Made by a program: the position numbers and the translations under genes. Below, in pieces: positions 28,282 to 36,908 of a stretch of DNA of 64,000 nucleotides (position 1 is its first letter; each line of letters begins with the position of its first letter). The stretch is from Candidatus Latescibacterota bacterium (GTDB lineage Bacteria > Latescibacterota > UBA2968 > UBA8231): assembly GCA_964291625.2 (NCBI GenBank), contig OZ220089.1:1088001-1152000 (forward strand). Reading direction: 5' to 3'. Under the pieces are notes generated by a model. The model ran no database searches. It had not been told where the DNA came from and was given only the letters and a program-made list of their open reading frames with translations.

Positions 28282-29336
28282 TCAGCCGAAGACCAGGTGC
28301 ACCTCCCCCTCCTGGGGCTGGACGCGACCGACGACGGCCGAGGCCGGGGCGCCGCCGTCGACGAGGGCGGCCACGGCTTCGCCGGCCTGGTCCGCCGGAA
28401 GGGCGGCCAGCAGCCCGCCGCTCGTCTGCGGATCGACGGCCAGGGCGCGCCACTCCTCCGGAAGGTCCGGCGCGAACCGGGTGGAGGCCTCGACGAGCTC
28501 GCGGTTGGCCCGGTTGACCCCGGTGGACACCCCCGCCGGTACATCTCGAGGGCCTCGTCGTACACCGGCACGGCGCCGGCGTCGATGTTCAGTGTCACCC
28601 CCGAGCCGCCGGCCATCTCGAAGGCGTGGCCCGCCAGGCCGAAGCCGGTCACGTCGGTGGCGGCGTGCACCTCGAAGCCGGCCAGGACCTCGGCGGCGGC
28701 CCGGTTCAGCGTCGTCAGCGACTCCACGCAGGCCGCCAGGGCCCCGTCCGAGACCCAGCCGCGCAGATTGCCGTTGAAGAGCACGCCGCTGCCGATCGGC
28801 TTGGTCAGCACGAGGGCGTCCCCCGGGCGCGCGCCCACGTTGCGCCAGTAGCGCTCCGGGTGCACGAGACCGGTGACGGAGAGGCCGAACTTGGGCTCCT
28901 CGTCGTCGGTCGTGTGGCCTCCGGCGAGCACGGCGCCGGCCTCCAGGACCTTCTCGCGGGCGCCGGCGACGATGCCGGCCAGCACCTCGGGGCCGAGGAC
29001 GTCCCCCGGGAAGCCCAGCAGGTTCAGGGCCGCCAGGGGGCGGCCGCCCATGGCGTAGACATCGCTCAGGGAGTTGGCCGCGGCGATCCGGCCGAAGAGC
29101 ACGGGATCGTCCACCGGCGGCGTGATGATGTCCGCCGTGAGCACGAGGGCGCGCTCGTCGTCGAGCCGGTAGACGGCCGCGTCGTCGCTCGTCTCGAACC
29201 CCACGAGGAGGTCCGGGTCGACCTGCTCCGGGAGCCCTTCCAGCAGTCTGGCGAGTCCGACCGGACTCACTTTCGCCGCTCAGCCGCAGGTCCGGGCCAG
29301 GCTCGTGAGCGTCTTGTCCTTGTCCGTCAGCGCCAT
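28282..29336 (-). CDS. selD: Selenide,water dikinase (selenophosphate synthetase), selenocysteine-containing; apparent 1-nt frameshift near 28530
   Basis: MALTDKDKTLTSLARTCG-UGA-AAK; DDAAVY, ANSLSDVYAMGG, GGHT, TDVTGFGLAGH; C-terminal DPQTSGGLL lies in another frame after a G5 run. Confidence 0.9.
29251..29270 (-). promoter_or_regulatory. Putative bacterial SECIS hairpin in selD
   Basis: GTGAGTCC-GGTC-GGACTCGC stem-loop beginning 9 nt after the in-frame UGA (29280-29282). Confidence 0.7.
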
Positions 29337-29455
29337 TCCGTCCTCTGGTTTTCCTTCGGGAAGCGCCGGAACCTACTGATCCCCGCCGGGGGAGGCAAAG
29401 CGGCTCCGCCGCGAGGCCTATCTTAGTGGGATACCGCAAATCCGGAAGGGAGACC

Positions 29456-30769
29456 ATGCCCGAACACCGAATCCTCGACATCATCACCCGGGAAGAGCTG
29501 GCCCGCTGGGTCCGGGACGCCCGGCAGCGCACCCTCGAGCTGGTCTCCGACCTCACCGACGAGCAGCTCCTCGGCCCCCAGCTGGCCATCGTCAACCCCG
29601 GCGTCTGGGAGATCGGCCACCACGCCTGGTTCCAGTCGCGCTGGGTGTTGCGCCACGCCGGCGGTCAGCCCGCCGTGCGCGACGACGAGGACGACCTCTA
29701 CGACTCGATCGCCATCGCCCACGACCGCCGCTGGGACCTGCCCCTGCCCTCCCGGGACGGGACCCTGGCCTACGTGCGCGAGGTCCTCGACCGCACCGAG
29801 GAGCTGCTGCTGGCCGCGCCCGACGACGGCGTGATCTACCACGCCCTCTACTCGGTGCTGCACGAGGACATGCACACCGAGGCCCTCACCTACACCCGCC
29901 AGACCCACGGCTGGCCGGCGCCGCGGTTGGGCGTACCGCGCTCCGATGAGGGCATCGGCGCCGGCGGCCTGGAGGGAGATGTCGAGGTCCCCGGCGGCCT
30001 CTACCGCCTCGGCTCCGAGCGCGGCGAGCCCTTCGTCTTCGACAACGAGAAGTGGGCCCATCCCGTGGAGCTGACGGCCTTCCGCATCGACCGCGCCGCC
30101 GTCTCCCAGGAGCGCTTCGCCGAGTTCGTCGACGACGGCGGCTACGCCGAGGAGCGCCTCTGGAGCGACGAGGGCTGGGCCTGGCGCACGGAGGCAGGGG
30201 CCGAGCACCCCTGCTACTGGCGCCGGGCAGACGGCGGCTGGGAGCGCCGTCACTTCGACGCCTGGCGCGGCCTCGAGCCCCACCGGCCGGTGATCCACGT
30301 GAACTGGTTCGAGGCCGACGCCTGGTGCCGCTGGGCCGGCCGCCGGCTGCCCACCGAGGCCGAGTGGGAGGCCGCCGCCGTGGGGGAGCCCGCCGATGGC
30401 GGCGGCCTCTCGGAGAGCCGCCGCCCCTGGCCCTGGGGCGGAGCGGCGCCCTCCCCGGAACGGGCCAACCTCGACTGGAGGGCCATGGGGACGGTCGACG
30501 TGGGCGGGCTCCCGGAGGGCGAAAGCCCCTGGGGCTGCCGCCAGATGATCGGCAACGTCTGGGAGTGGACGAGCACCGTCTTCGGGCCCTTCCCCGGCTT
30601 CGAGCCGGACCCCTACAAGGAGTACTCCGAGCCCTGCTTCGACACCCGCAGGGTCATGCGCGGCGGCTGCTGGACCACCCGGTCGCGCCTGATCCGAACG
30701 GGGTACCGCAACTTCCAGACCCCCGACCGGCGCGATGTCCTCACCGGCTTCCGCAGCTGCGCCGCGTGA
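29456..30769 (+). CDS. senA: Selenoneine synthase SenA (EgtB-like DinB + FGE-sulfatase)
   Basis: WEIGH, HEDMHTE iron ligands, FVFDNEKWAH, RLPTEAEWE, GNVWEW, YRNF; coupled to a senB-type glycosyltransferase and divergent from selD. Confidence 0.82.
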   Translation: MPEHRILDIITREELARWVRDARQRTLELVSDLTDEQLLGPQLAIVNPGVWEIGHHAWFQSRWVLRHAGGQPAVRDDEDDLYDSIAIAHDRRWDLPLPSRDGTLAYVREVLDRTEELLLAAPDDGVIYHALYSVLHEDMHTEALTYTRQTHGWPAPRLGVPRSDEGIGAGGLEGDVEVPGGLYRLGSERGEPFVFDNEKWAHPVELTAFRIDRAAVSQERFAEFVDDGGYAEERLWSDEGWAWRTEAGAEHPCYWRRADGGWERRHFDAWRGLEPHRPVIHVNWFEADAWCRWAGRRLPTEAEWEAAAVGEPADGGGLSESRRPWPWGGAAPSPERANLDWRAMGTVDVGGLPEGESPWGCRQMIGNVWEWTSTVFGPFPGFEPDPYKEYSEPCFDTRRVMRGGCWTTRSRLIRTGYRNFQTPDRRDVLTGFRSCAA

Positions 30770-31770
30770 GTCCCCGGGCCTTGCGAGTCCTGATCGTCAC
30801 CCCGGCGCCCCCAAGGTCGCGCTCCGGCAACCGGGTGACGGCCCTGCGCTGGGCCCGGGTCCTGCGCGGCCTCGGGCACGAGGCCCACATCGCCACCGCC
30901 TTCGAGCGCCAGCGCTGCGACCTGATGGTGGCCCTGCACGCGCGGCGCAGCCGCGACTCCATCCTGCGCTTCCGCCGGCGGCGGCCCGGGCGGCCGCTGG
31001 TCCTGGCCCTGACCGGCACCGATCTCTACGGCGACATCCGCACCGACGCCGGGGCCCGCGACAGCCTCGAGCGGGCCGACCGACTGATCGTGCTGCAGGA
31101 GGCCGGCGCGGCGGAACTCCCGGAGCGGCTGCGGTCCCGGGCGCGGGTCATCGTCCAGTCCCTGCGGGCTCCGCGGCGGGCTTCCCGGCCGGTGAGCGGC
31201 GCCTTCCAGGTCTGCGTCCTCGGTCACCTGCGGTCGGTGAAGGACCCGCTGAGGACGGCGGCGGCCTCGCGGCGGCTGCCGCCGGAGTCGAGGCTCCGCG
31301 TCGTCCAGGCCGGCGGCGCCCTGGAGGAGCGGGAAGCCCTCCGCGCCCGGCGCGAGGAGGACCGCAACGAGCGGTATCGCTGGGTGGGAGAGCTGCCCCG
31401 GTGGCAGGCCTTGCGGCTGCTGGGGCGCAGCCACCTGCTCGCCCTGACCTCGCGCATGGAGGGAGGGGCCAACGTCGTCTGCGAGGCCCTGGCCCTCGGG
31501 GTGCCCGTGGTCTCCTCGAGGATCTCCGGCTCCATCGGCCTGCTGGGCTCCGCCTATCCCGGCTACTTCCCCGTGGGCGACACCGGGGCCCTGGCCGCCC
31601 TGCTGTCCCGCGCCGAGACCGACGCCGCCTTCTACGAGCGGCTGCGGCAGGCCTGCCGCGAGCGCGCCCCGCTCGTCGATCCCGAGCGCGAGAGCGAGGC
31701 CTGGAGCGGCCTGCTGGCGGAGCTGAGCGGCGGGGACGGGGCCGCCCGAGGCGAGCCTTGCCGGCCCTGA
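30766..31770 (+). CDS. senB: Selenosugar synthase SenB (TIGR04348-type glycosyltransferase)
   Basis: IVTPA....GNRVTALRW, ALHARRS, LTGTDLY, GHLRSVKDP, SRMEGGANV, YPGYFPVGD; GTGA overlap with senA. Confidence 0.85.
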   Translation: MSPRALRVLIVTPAPPRSRSGNRVTALRWARVLRGLGHEAHIATAFERQRCDLMVALHARRSRDSILRFRRRRPGRPLVLALTGTDLYGDIRTDAGARDSLERADRLIVLQEAGAAELPERLRSRARVIVQSLRAPRRASRPVSGAFQVCVLGHLRSVKDPLRTAAASRRLPPESRLRVVQAGGALEEREALRARREEDRNERYRWVGELPRWQALRLLGRSHLLALTSRMEGGANVVCEALALGVPVVSSRISGSIGLLGSAYPGYFPVGDTGALAALLSRAETDAAFYERLRQACRERAPLVDPERESEAWSGLLAELSGGDGAARGEPCRP

Positions 31771-32000
31771 CAGCCGCCGCCAGGCTGCCGCGCACCCCGC
31801 AGAGGAGTTACTGACGCCATGGACTCCCATCTCGGCACCGGTCCGCAGCTCCCGGTCTCGACTGCGCCCATCCTGAACACGGAGGGTCGGCCCATCTCGC
31901 GCCGGCCCGCCTCCCCGGCGTCGGCCTTGCCAGGCCCCTTCGGCTCCCGGCCCCGGGAGAGCGTCGCCGGGTCACCCCGTTCCCGGGAGATCCGGCGCCG

Positions 32001-32987
32001 GTGAACGCTTGCGTCCACCCCCCGAGGCGAAGCCCGTCGTCGCCGGCCGACTCGCCTTCCGTCGTCGTCGGTGAGGACGACGGCGGCCAGATCCGCATGG
32101 CCTATTCGGAGCATGGGGATCCCGGCGCATCCCTGCAGGTGGTCCTTCTCCACGGCCTCTTCGATCACAAGGGCACGTGGTCCGCCCTGGCGCCCCGCCT
32201 GGCCGAGGCGGGGTACCGCGTCATCGCCCCCGATCTCGTCGGCTTCGGCCGCAGCAGCAAGCCCGGGTTCCGCTCCTGGCCCGCCTCCCGGCGGTACGGC
32301 GCCGAGGCCCAGGTCGGATTCGTGCGCGCCTTCGTCGAGAGCCTCGGCCTCGACGAGGTGGTCCTGGCGGGGAACTCCTTCGGCGGCGGGGTCTTCCTGC
32401 GCAGCCTGTGCACCCCGTGGCCCGGCGGCCCCCGGGTGCGGGGCCTGGTGCTGGAGAGCGCCTCGGGCTATCCCCAGGCCCGTCCCCCCTTCATCTGGCT
32501 GCTGGCCGGCCTGCCCGGGTGGTTGCTGCTCAACCGGCGGGTCCTCGGCATCGGTCTCGGCCCCGGCCTGGCGCGCGTCATCGTGCGGTCCACCCTGCGG
32601 CGCGTCTTCCACGACCCCGCCAGGATCCCGGAAGAGCTGGTGGACGAGGCCATCGACATCCTGCGGGAGCCGAACACCCTGTACGCCTACCAGGCGGCGG
32701 CGCGCAACCTGGTTCCCGGCGACATCGCCCGCTTCACCGCCGCCTACCGGAAGATCGACGTGCCCACCCTCGTCCTGTGGGGTGCCGAGGACCGCATCGT
32801 GCCCTCCCGGTTCGCCACCCTCTTCGAAGCCGAGCTGCCGGACGCCACGCTGCACGTCTTCGACGAGTGCGGGCACGCGCCCCACCTCGAGTACCCCGCC
32901 GAGACCGCGCGGCTCATCCGCGACTGGATGGGGCGCCGGGTCAGCGGGGAGCCGAGCCCCGCCCCGCGCGAAGGAGATCGAACATGA
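32001..32987 (+). CDS. Alpha/beta-fold hydrolase
   Basis: LLHG, APDLVGFG.S, GNSFGG nucleophile, WGAEDRIVP, GHAPHLE; start uncertain. Confidence 0.88.
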   Translation: MNACVHPPRRSPSSPADSPSVVVGEDDGGQIRMAYSEHGDPGASLQVVLLHGLFDHKGTWSALAPRLAEAGYRVIAPDLVGFGRSSKPGFRSWPASRRYGAEAQVGFVRAFVESLGLDEVVLAGNSFGGGVFLRSLCTPWPGGPRVRGLVLESASGYPQARPPFIWLLAGLPGWLLLNRRVLGIGLGPGLARVIVRSTLRRVFHDPARIPEELVDEAIDILREPNTLYAYQAAARNLVPGDIARFTAAYRKIDVPTLVLWGAEDRIVPSRFATLFEAELPDATLHVFDECGHAPHLEYPAETARLIRDWMGRRVSGEPSPAPREGDRT

Positions 32988-33367
32988 CGGACGGGAACAT
33001 CGGCGCCGACGGCGCCCGCTTCCGCCTCTTCCTCGGCGTCCTCTTCCTGGTCTTCGCCCTCTGCCTGATGGCGCTGCTCACGGTGACCGGCGCGCCCCTG
33101 ACCCTGCGGCTCGTGGTCTTCGTGCCGCTCTGGATCGGCACCTTCACCCTGGCCGAGTCCCGGACCCGGGTCTGCGTCCTCAACGCCGCCCGCGGCGTCT
33201 GCTCCACCGAGTCCGGCACGCAACGCATCGAGGACGACGAGCGGCGGATGGCGCTCGTGCGGCGCGCCTGGAGGGTGCCCCTCCACTCGGTGCTCTACGC
33301 CGTCGTCCTGACCGTCTTCCTGGTGGCGGTCTCGGCCTGGCTGCCCTGGAGGATCCCGGCCGGCTGA
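32984..33367 (+). CDS. Small membrane protein
   Basis: ATGA overlap, AAGGAG RBS, three hydrophobic segments. Confidence 0.65.
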   Translation: MTDGNIGADGARFRLFLGVLFLVFALCLMALLTVTGAPLTLRLVVFVPLWIGTFTLAESRTRVCVLNAARGVCSTESGTQRIEDDERRMALVRRAWRVPLHSVLYAVVLTVFLVAVSAWLPWRIPAG

Positions 33368-33371
33368 AGGG

Positions 33372-33821
33372 TCAGCCGCCGGTCCCCAGACCCGCGGCGA
33401 AGACCACGAGGAGCGTTACCAGCAGCAACGCCCGCAGGGTCCAGCCGACGGTGCGGACCCAGCTCGTGGCCACCAGCCGTTTCACCTTGCCCTCGTCATA
33501 GCCCCCCGCCAGGGCCCGGTGGAGGGGCCTCTGCACCCCGAAGGTGGAGAGCCAGAGCACGCCGAGGAGGACGGCGTTCAACAGCATCGGCGGCTCCCCG
33601 ACCACCTGCGGGGGATCCAGGGCCAGCCACAGGCCGGTGATCAGCTCGAAGAGCATCACCGGCGTCACCACCAGGCTCGAGCGCCGCGCGTGCCCTCTCT
33701 CGTACTCCTGGAACCGCGTCATGCCCACCCGGTGCATGAGCGGGTAGTGGACGATCTGCACGAACCAGGCGATGGCGGCCATGTACACGGTGGCCGCCGC
33801 GTGCAGCAGGAGCAGGATCAT
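33372..33821 (-). CDS. Conserved membrane protein
   Basis: ATG overlapping upstream stop; four TM; WFVQIVHYP and WVRT..WTLR. Confidence 0.7.
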   Translation of the reverse strand: MILLLLHAAATVYMAAIAWFVQIVHYPLMHRVGMTRFQEYERGHARRSSLVVTPVMLFELITGLWLALDPPQVVGEPPMLLNAVLLGVLWLSTFGVQRPLHRALAGGYDEGKVKRLVATSWVRTVGWTLRALLLVTLLVVFAAGLGTGG

Positions 33822-34723
33822 GCAGCCCCTCCGTAGACCCGGCGGGCCTCGCGGTGGGCTACGGCGTGGAGGTCGGCCGTCTCCTCGGGGGAGGCGGCAT
33901 AGCCGCCCGACATCACCAGGAGCAGGGCGGCCCCCGACGCCCGGGCGGCGCGCAGCACGGCGCGGTCCCTGCGGTGGAGGCCGCCGCGGCTCAGGGCCAG
34001 GCGGCCGTAGCGGTCGCCGGCCACCGGGTCGACCCCGGCGAGGTAGACGATCAGGTCCGGCCGAGCGGCGAGGAGTACTCCCGGCAGGGCCGCCGTCAGC
34101 CGCTCGAGATAGTCGTCGTCGCCGGTGCCGTCGGGGAGGCCGATGTCGAGGGAGGAGGCCTCCTTCTGGAAGGGGTAGTTCCGCTGCCCGTGGAAGGAGA
34201 GGGTGAAGGTCCGGGGATCGTCGGCGAAGACCGCCGCCGTGCCGTTCCCCTGGTGCACGTCCAGGTCGATCACCAGGGCCCGGTCGAGCAGGCCCTCGCC
34301 GCGCAGGAGCCGGATCGCCACGGCCACGTCGTTGAGCACGCAGAATCCCTCGCCGTGGTCGGGGTAGGCGTGGTGGGTGCCGCCCGCCAGGTTGGCGGCG
34401 ATCCCGTCCTCCAGGGCCATGCGCGCGGCCAGGACCGTGCCGCCCACGGCCAGCCGCGAGCGCCGCTCCAGGGCCTCGCTCCACGGCAGGCCCAGGCGCC
34501 TCTCGGCGCCGCGCTCCAGGCCCGTCCGCAGCTGGTCGAGGTAGCGGTCGGTGTGCACCAGACGCAGCACCTCGCGGCCGGCCGGGGAGGGCTCCGCCCG
34601 GTCGCCGTTGCCGATCAGCCCCTCGCGCAGCAGGATCCGGTGGAGGGCGGGGAACTTCGCCATGGGGAAGGGATGCCCCTCGGGCAGGGGCACGAAGTAG
34701 CGGTCGCTGTAGCTCACTCGCAT
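33818..34723 (-). CDS. Histone deacetylase family protein
   Basis: HPFPMAKF, GGTHHA, GFCVLND, IDLDVHQGNGT, AGVD...GD, SGGY. Confidence 0.92.
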   Translation of the reverse strand: MRVSYSDRYFVPLPEGHPFPMAKFPALHRILLREGLIGNGDRAEPSPAGREVLRLVHTDRYLDQLRTGLERGAERRLGLPWSEALERRSRLAVGGTVLAARMALEDGIAANLAGGTHHAYPDHGEGFCVLNDVAVAIRLLRGEGLLDRALVIDLDVHQGNGTAAVFADDPRTFTLSFHGQRNYPFQKEASSLDIGLPDGTGDDDYLERLTAALPGVLLAARPDLIVYLAGVDPVAGDRYGRLALSRGGLHRRDRAVLRAARASGAALLLVMSGGYAASPEETADLHAVAHREARRVYGGAA

Positions 34724-34731
34724 CGGTCCGC

Positions 34732-35634
34732 TCAGCCCTTCCCCAGCAGGTCCCGCAGGGCGGTGTCGATGTCGGGATGGCGGAAGGCGTACCCGGCCGC
34801 CGTCAGCCTCGCCGGCTCGACGCGGGTGCTGGCCAGCAGCAGGGTCTCGCCCATCTCCGCCCAGACCAGCTTCACCACCGGCGCCGGCAGGGGCAGGCGC
34901 GCCGGGCGCCGCAGCAGGCGTGCCATGGTCCGGGTGAACTCCAGATTGGTCACCGGCCCCGGGGCCACGGCATTCACCGGCCCCGCCAGATGGGGGCTCT
35001 TCAGGCTCTCCTCGATGATCCCCACCAGATCCTCCAGCGTGATCCAGCTGAGGTACTGCCGGCCGCTCCCCACCCGGCCTCCCAGGCCCAGCCGGAAGAG
35101 GGGCCCCACCCTCGCCAGCATGCCGCCCCGAAGGCTCAGGACCACGCCGATGCGCAGGTTGACGACGCGGATCCCCGCCTCCGCCGCCGCGGACGAGGCC
35201 CGCTCCCAGTCCACCGCGACGCCGGCGAGGAAGTCGTCGGCGGGGGCCGTCTCCTCGACGCAGATCTCGTCGCCGCGGTCGCCGTAGTAGCCGATGGCCG
35301 AGGCGCACACCAAGGTCGCCGGCTTGCGCTCGCAGTCGGCGAGAGCCTCGCTCAGCAGGCGCGTGCCCTCCACGCGGCTGGCGCGGATGCGCTCCTTGCG
35401 GGCCTCCGTCCAGCGGCCGTGGGTGACGTTCTCACCCGCCAGGTGCACCACCGCGTCGAGGCCCTCCAGGCCGTCGGCGTCGAGCGCCCCGGCGGCGGGG
35501 TCCCAGCGCACCGCCGCCCTTCCCGGCTCCGGCGCCGAGCGGGTCAGCCCGAGGACCTCGTCTCCCCTGCGGGCCAGGGAGTCGACCAGGGCCGAGCCCA
35601 CCAGGCCCGTGGCGCCGGAGACCAGGACCCTCAT
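34732..35634 (-). CDS. TIGR01777-family NAD(P)-binding oxidoreductase
   Basis: VSGATGLVG, HLAGEN, SAIGYYG, GSGRQYLSWI. Confidence 0.9.
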   Translation of the reverse strand: MRVLVSGATGLVGSALVDSLARRGDEVLGLTRSAPEPGRAAVRWDPAAGALDADGLEGLDAVVHLAGENVTHGRWTEARKERIRASRVEGTRLLSEALADCERKPATLVCASAIGYYGDRGDEICVEETAPADDFLAGVAVDWERASSAAAEAGIRVVNLRIGVVLSLRGGMLARVGPLFRLGLGGRVGSGRQYLSWITLEDLVGIIEESLKSPHLAGPVNAVAPGPVTNLEFTRTMARLLRRPARLPLPAPVVKLVWAEMGETLLLASTRVEPARLTAAGYAFRHPDIDTALRDLLGKG

Positions 35635-36767
35635 CGGCCGTCGACCTCCGACAGGGCGCCCCGGAACTCGAGGGCAAAGGCCGAGCGCTGCTCGGGCGTG
35701 CCCACGGTGACGCGCACGCAGCGGTCGCCAGGCGGCCTGTAGGGCATGCGCACGAAGACGCCGCGGCCGAGAAGCGCCGCCTGCACGGCGCGGGCGCGCT
35801 CGTCGCAGCCCAGATCCAGGTTGACGAAGTTGGTCGCCGATTCCACGTGCCCCAGCCCCAGCTCCTCCGCCAGCGCCGCGAGCTCCCCGCGCCCTTGCCG
35901 CACCTGCCGCACCACGCCCCTCACGTGTTGCGGCTCGCCGAGGGAGGCCAGGGCACCCGCCTGGGCGACGCGGTTCACGCCGAACTGGTTGCGCACGCGG
36001 TCGAGGACGGCCACCACCTCTTCGTGGGCGATGGCGTAGCCGATGCGGGCGCCCGCCATGCCGTGGGCCTTGGAGAAGGTGCGGGTGCGCACCAGGCGCC
36101 TGTCGGAGACGTCCATGGCCGGCACCGCCGCCGGTGGCGCGAACTCGCTGTAGGCCTCGTCGAGGATGAGCATGGCCTCCGCCGGCAGCGACGCCAGCAG
36201 CTCCAGGGCCGCCTCCGCCGTCCCCCAGGTGCCCATGGGGTTGTCCGGATTGGCGGCGTACACCAGGTGCGCGCCCGACTTCCGGGCGGCGTCGCCGAGG
36301 CCCGCGAAGTCGACCCGGTCGTCCACGTACGGCACCTCCACGAGGCGGGCGCCGTACCCGTGGACATGGTAGTTGAAGGTAGGGTACGAGCCGAGGGAGG
36401 TGACCACCGGATCCCCGGCCTCCGCGAAAAGGCGCACCAGCAGGCCGAGGATCTCGTCGATCCCGGCGCCCACGTGGACCCGGGCCGGCGGCACGCGGTG
36501 ATGGGCGGCGAGGGCCTCGATGAGGTCGTGGATCTCCGGGTCGTTGTACATCCAGACCTCGTCGACGGCCTGCCGCATCGCCTCGCGCGCGGCGGGGGAT
36601 ACCCCGAAGGGACTCTCGTTGGCGCCGACCCGCACCCGGAGCGGGCGTCCGTGGCGCCGCTCGAGGGCCTCTGGGCCGACGAAGGGAACCAGCGGCGGCA
36701 GGGCGCGGACCACCCGGGTCAGCGGCAGACCGCTCACCGAGGGCTCCCTCGGAATGGTCCCGGCCAT
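35631..36767 (-). CDS. Histidinol-phosphate aminotransferase-like PLP enzyme
   Basis: GANESPFG, NPDNPMG, LDEAY, RTFSKAHGMAGARIGY. Confidence 0.85.
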   Translation of the reverse strand: MAGTIPREPSVSGLPLTRVVRALPPLVPFVGPEALERRHGRPLRVRVGANESPFGVSPAAREAMRQAVDEVWMYNDPEIHDLIEALAAHHRVPPARVHVGAGIDEILGLLVRLFAEAGDPVVTSLGSYPTFNYHVHGYGARLVEVPYVDDRVDFAGLGDAARKSGAHLVYAANPDNPMGTWGTAEAALELLASLPAEAMLILDEAYSEFAPPAAVPAMDVSDRRLVRTRTFSKAHGMAGARIGYAIAHEEVVAVLDRVRNQFGVNRVAQAGALASLGEPQHVRGVVRQVRQGRGELAALAEELGLGHVESATNFVNLDLGCDERARAVQAALLGRGVFVRMPYRPPGDRCVRVTVGTPEQRSAFALEFRGALSEVDGR

Positions 36768-36908
36768 GTGCAGAGCTTGCGCTCCATCCTCTTTCAGGCT
36801 TTCTTCAGGCAGGGCGGCTCGTATATACTAAGATACTGTTTCTCAACGGGTTACGTCAACCTCTTCAGCCCTCAGGCAGCGCCGGGCGCGAGCACCGGCC
36901 GAGCTTCG

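Noticed and set aside
27894-29270. 458-aa SelD as given in the ORF track
   Set aside because: The true start is upstream of the UGA, and the C-terminal tail is out-of-frame read-through after the frameshift
32001-33367. Hydrolase and membrane gene as part of the selenoneine operon
   Set aside because: Separated from senB by about 230 bp, with no sequence feature linking them to Se metabolism
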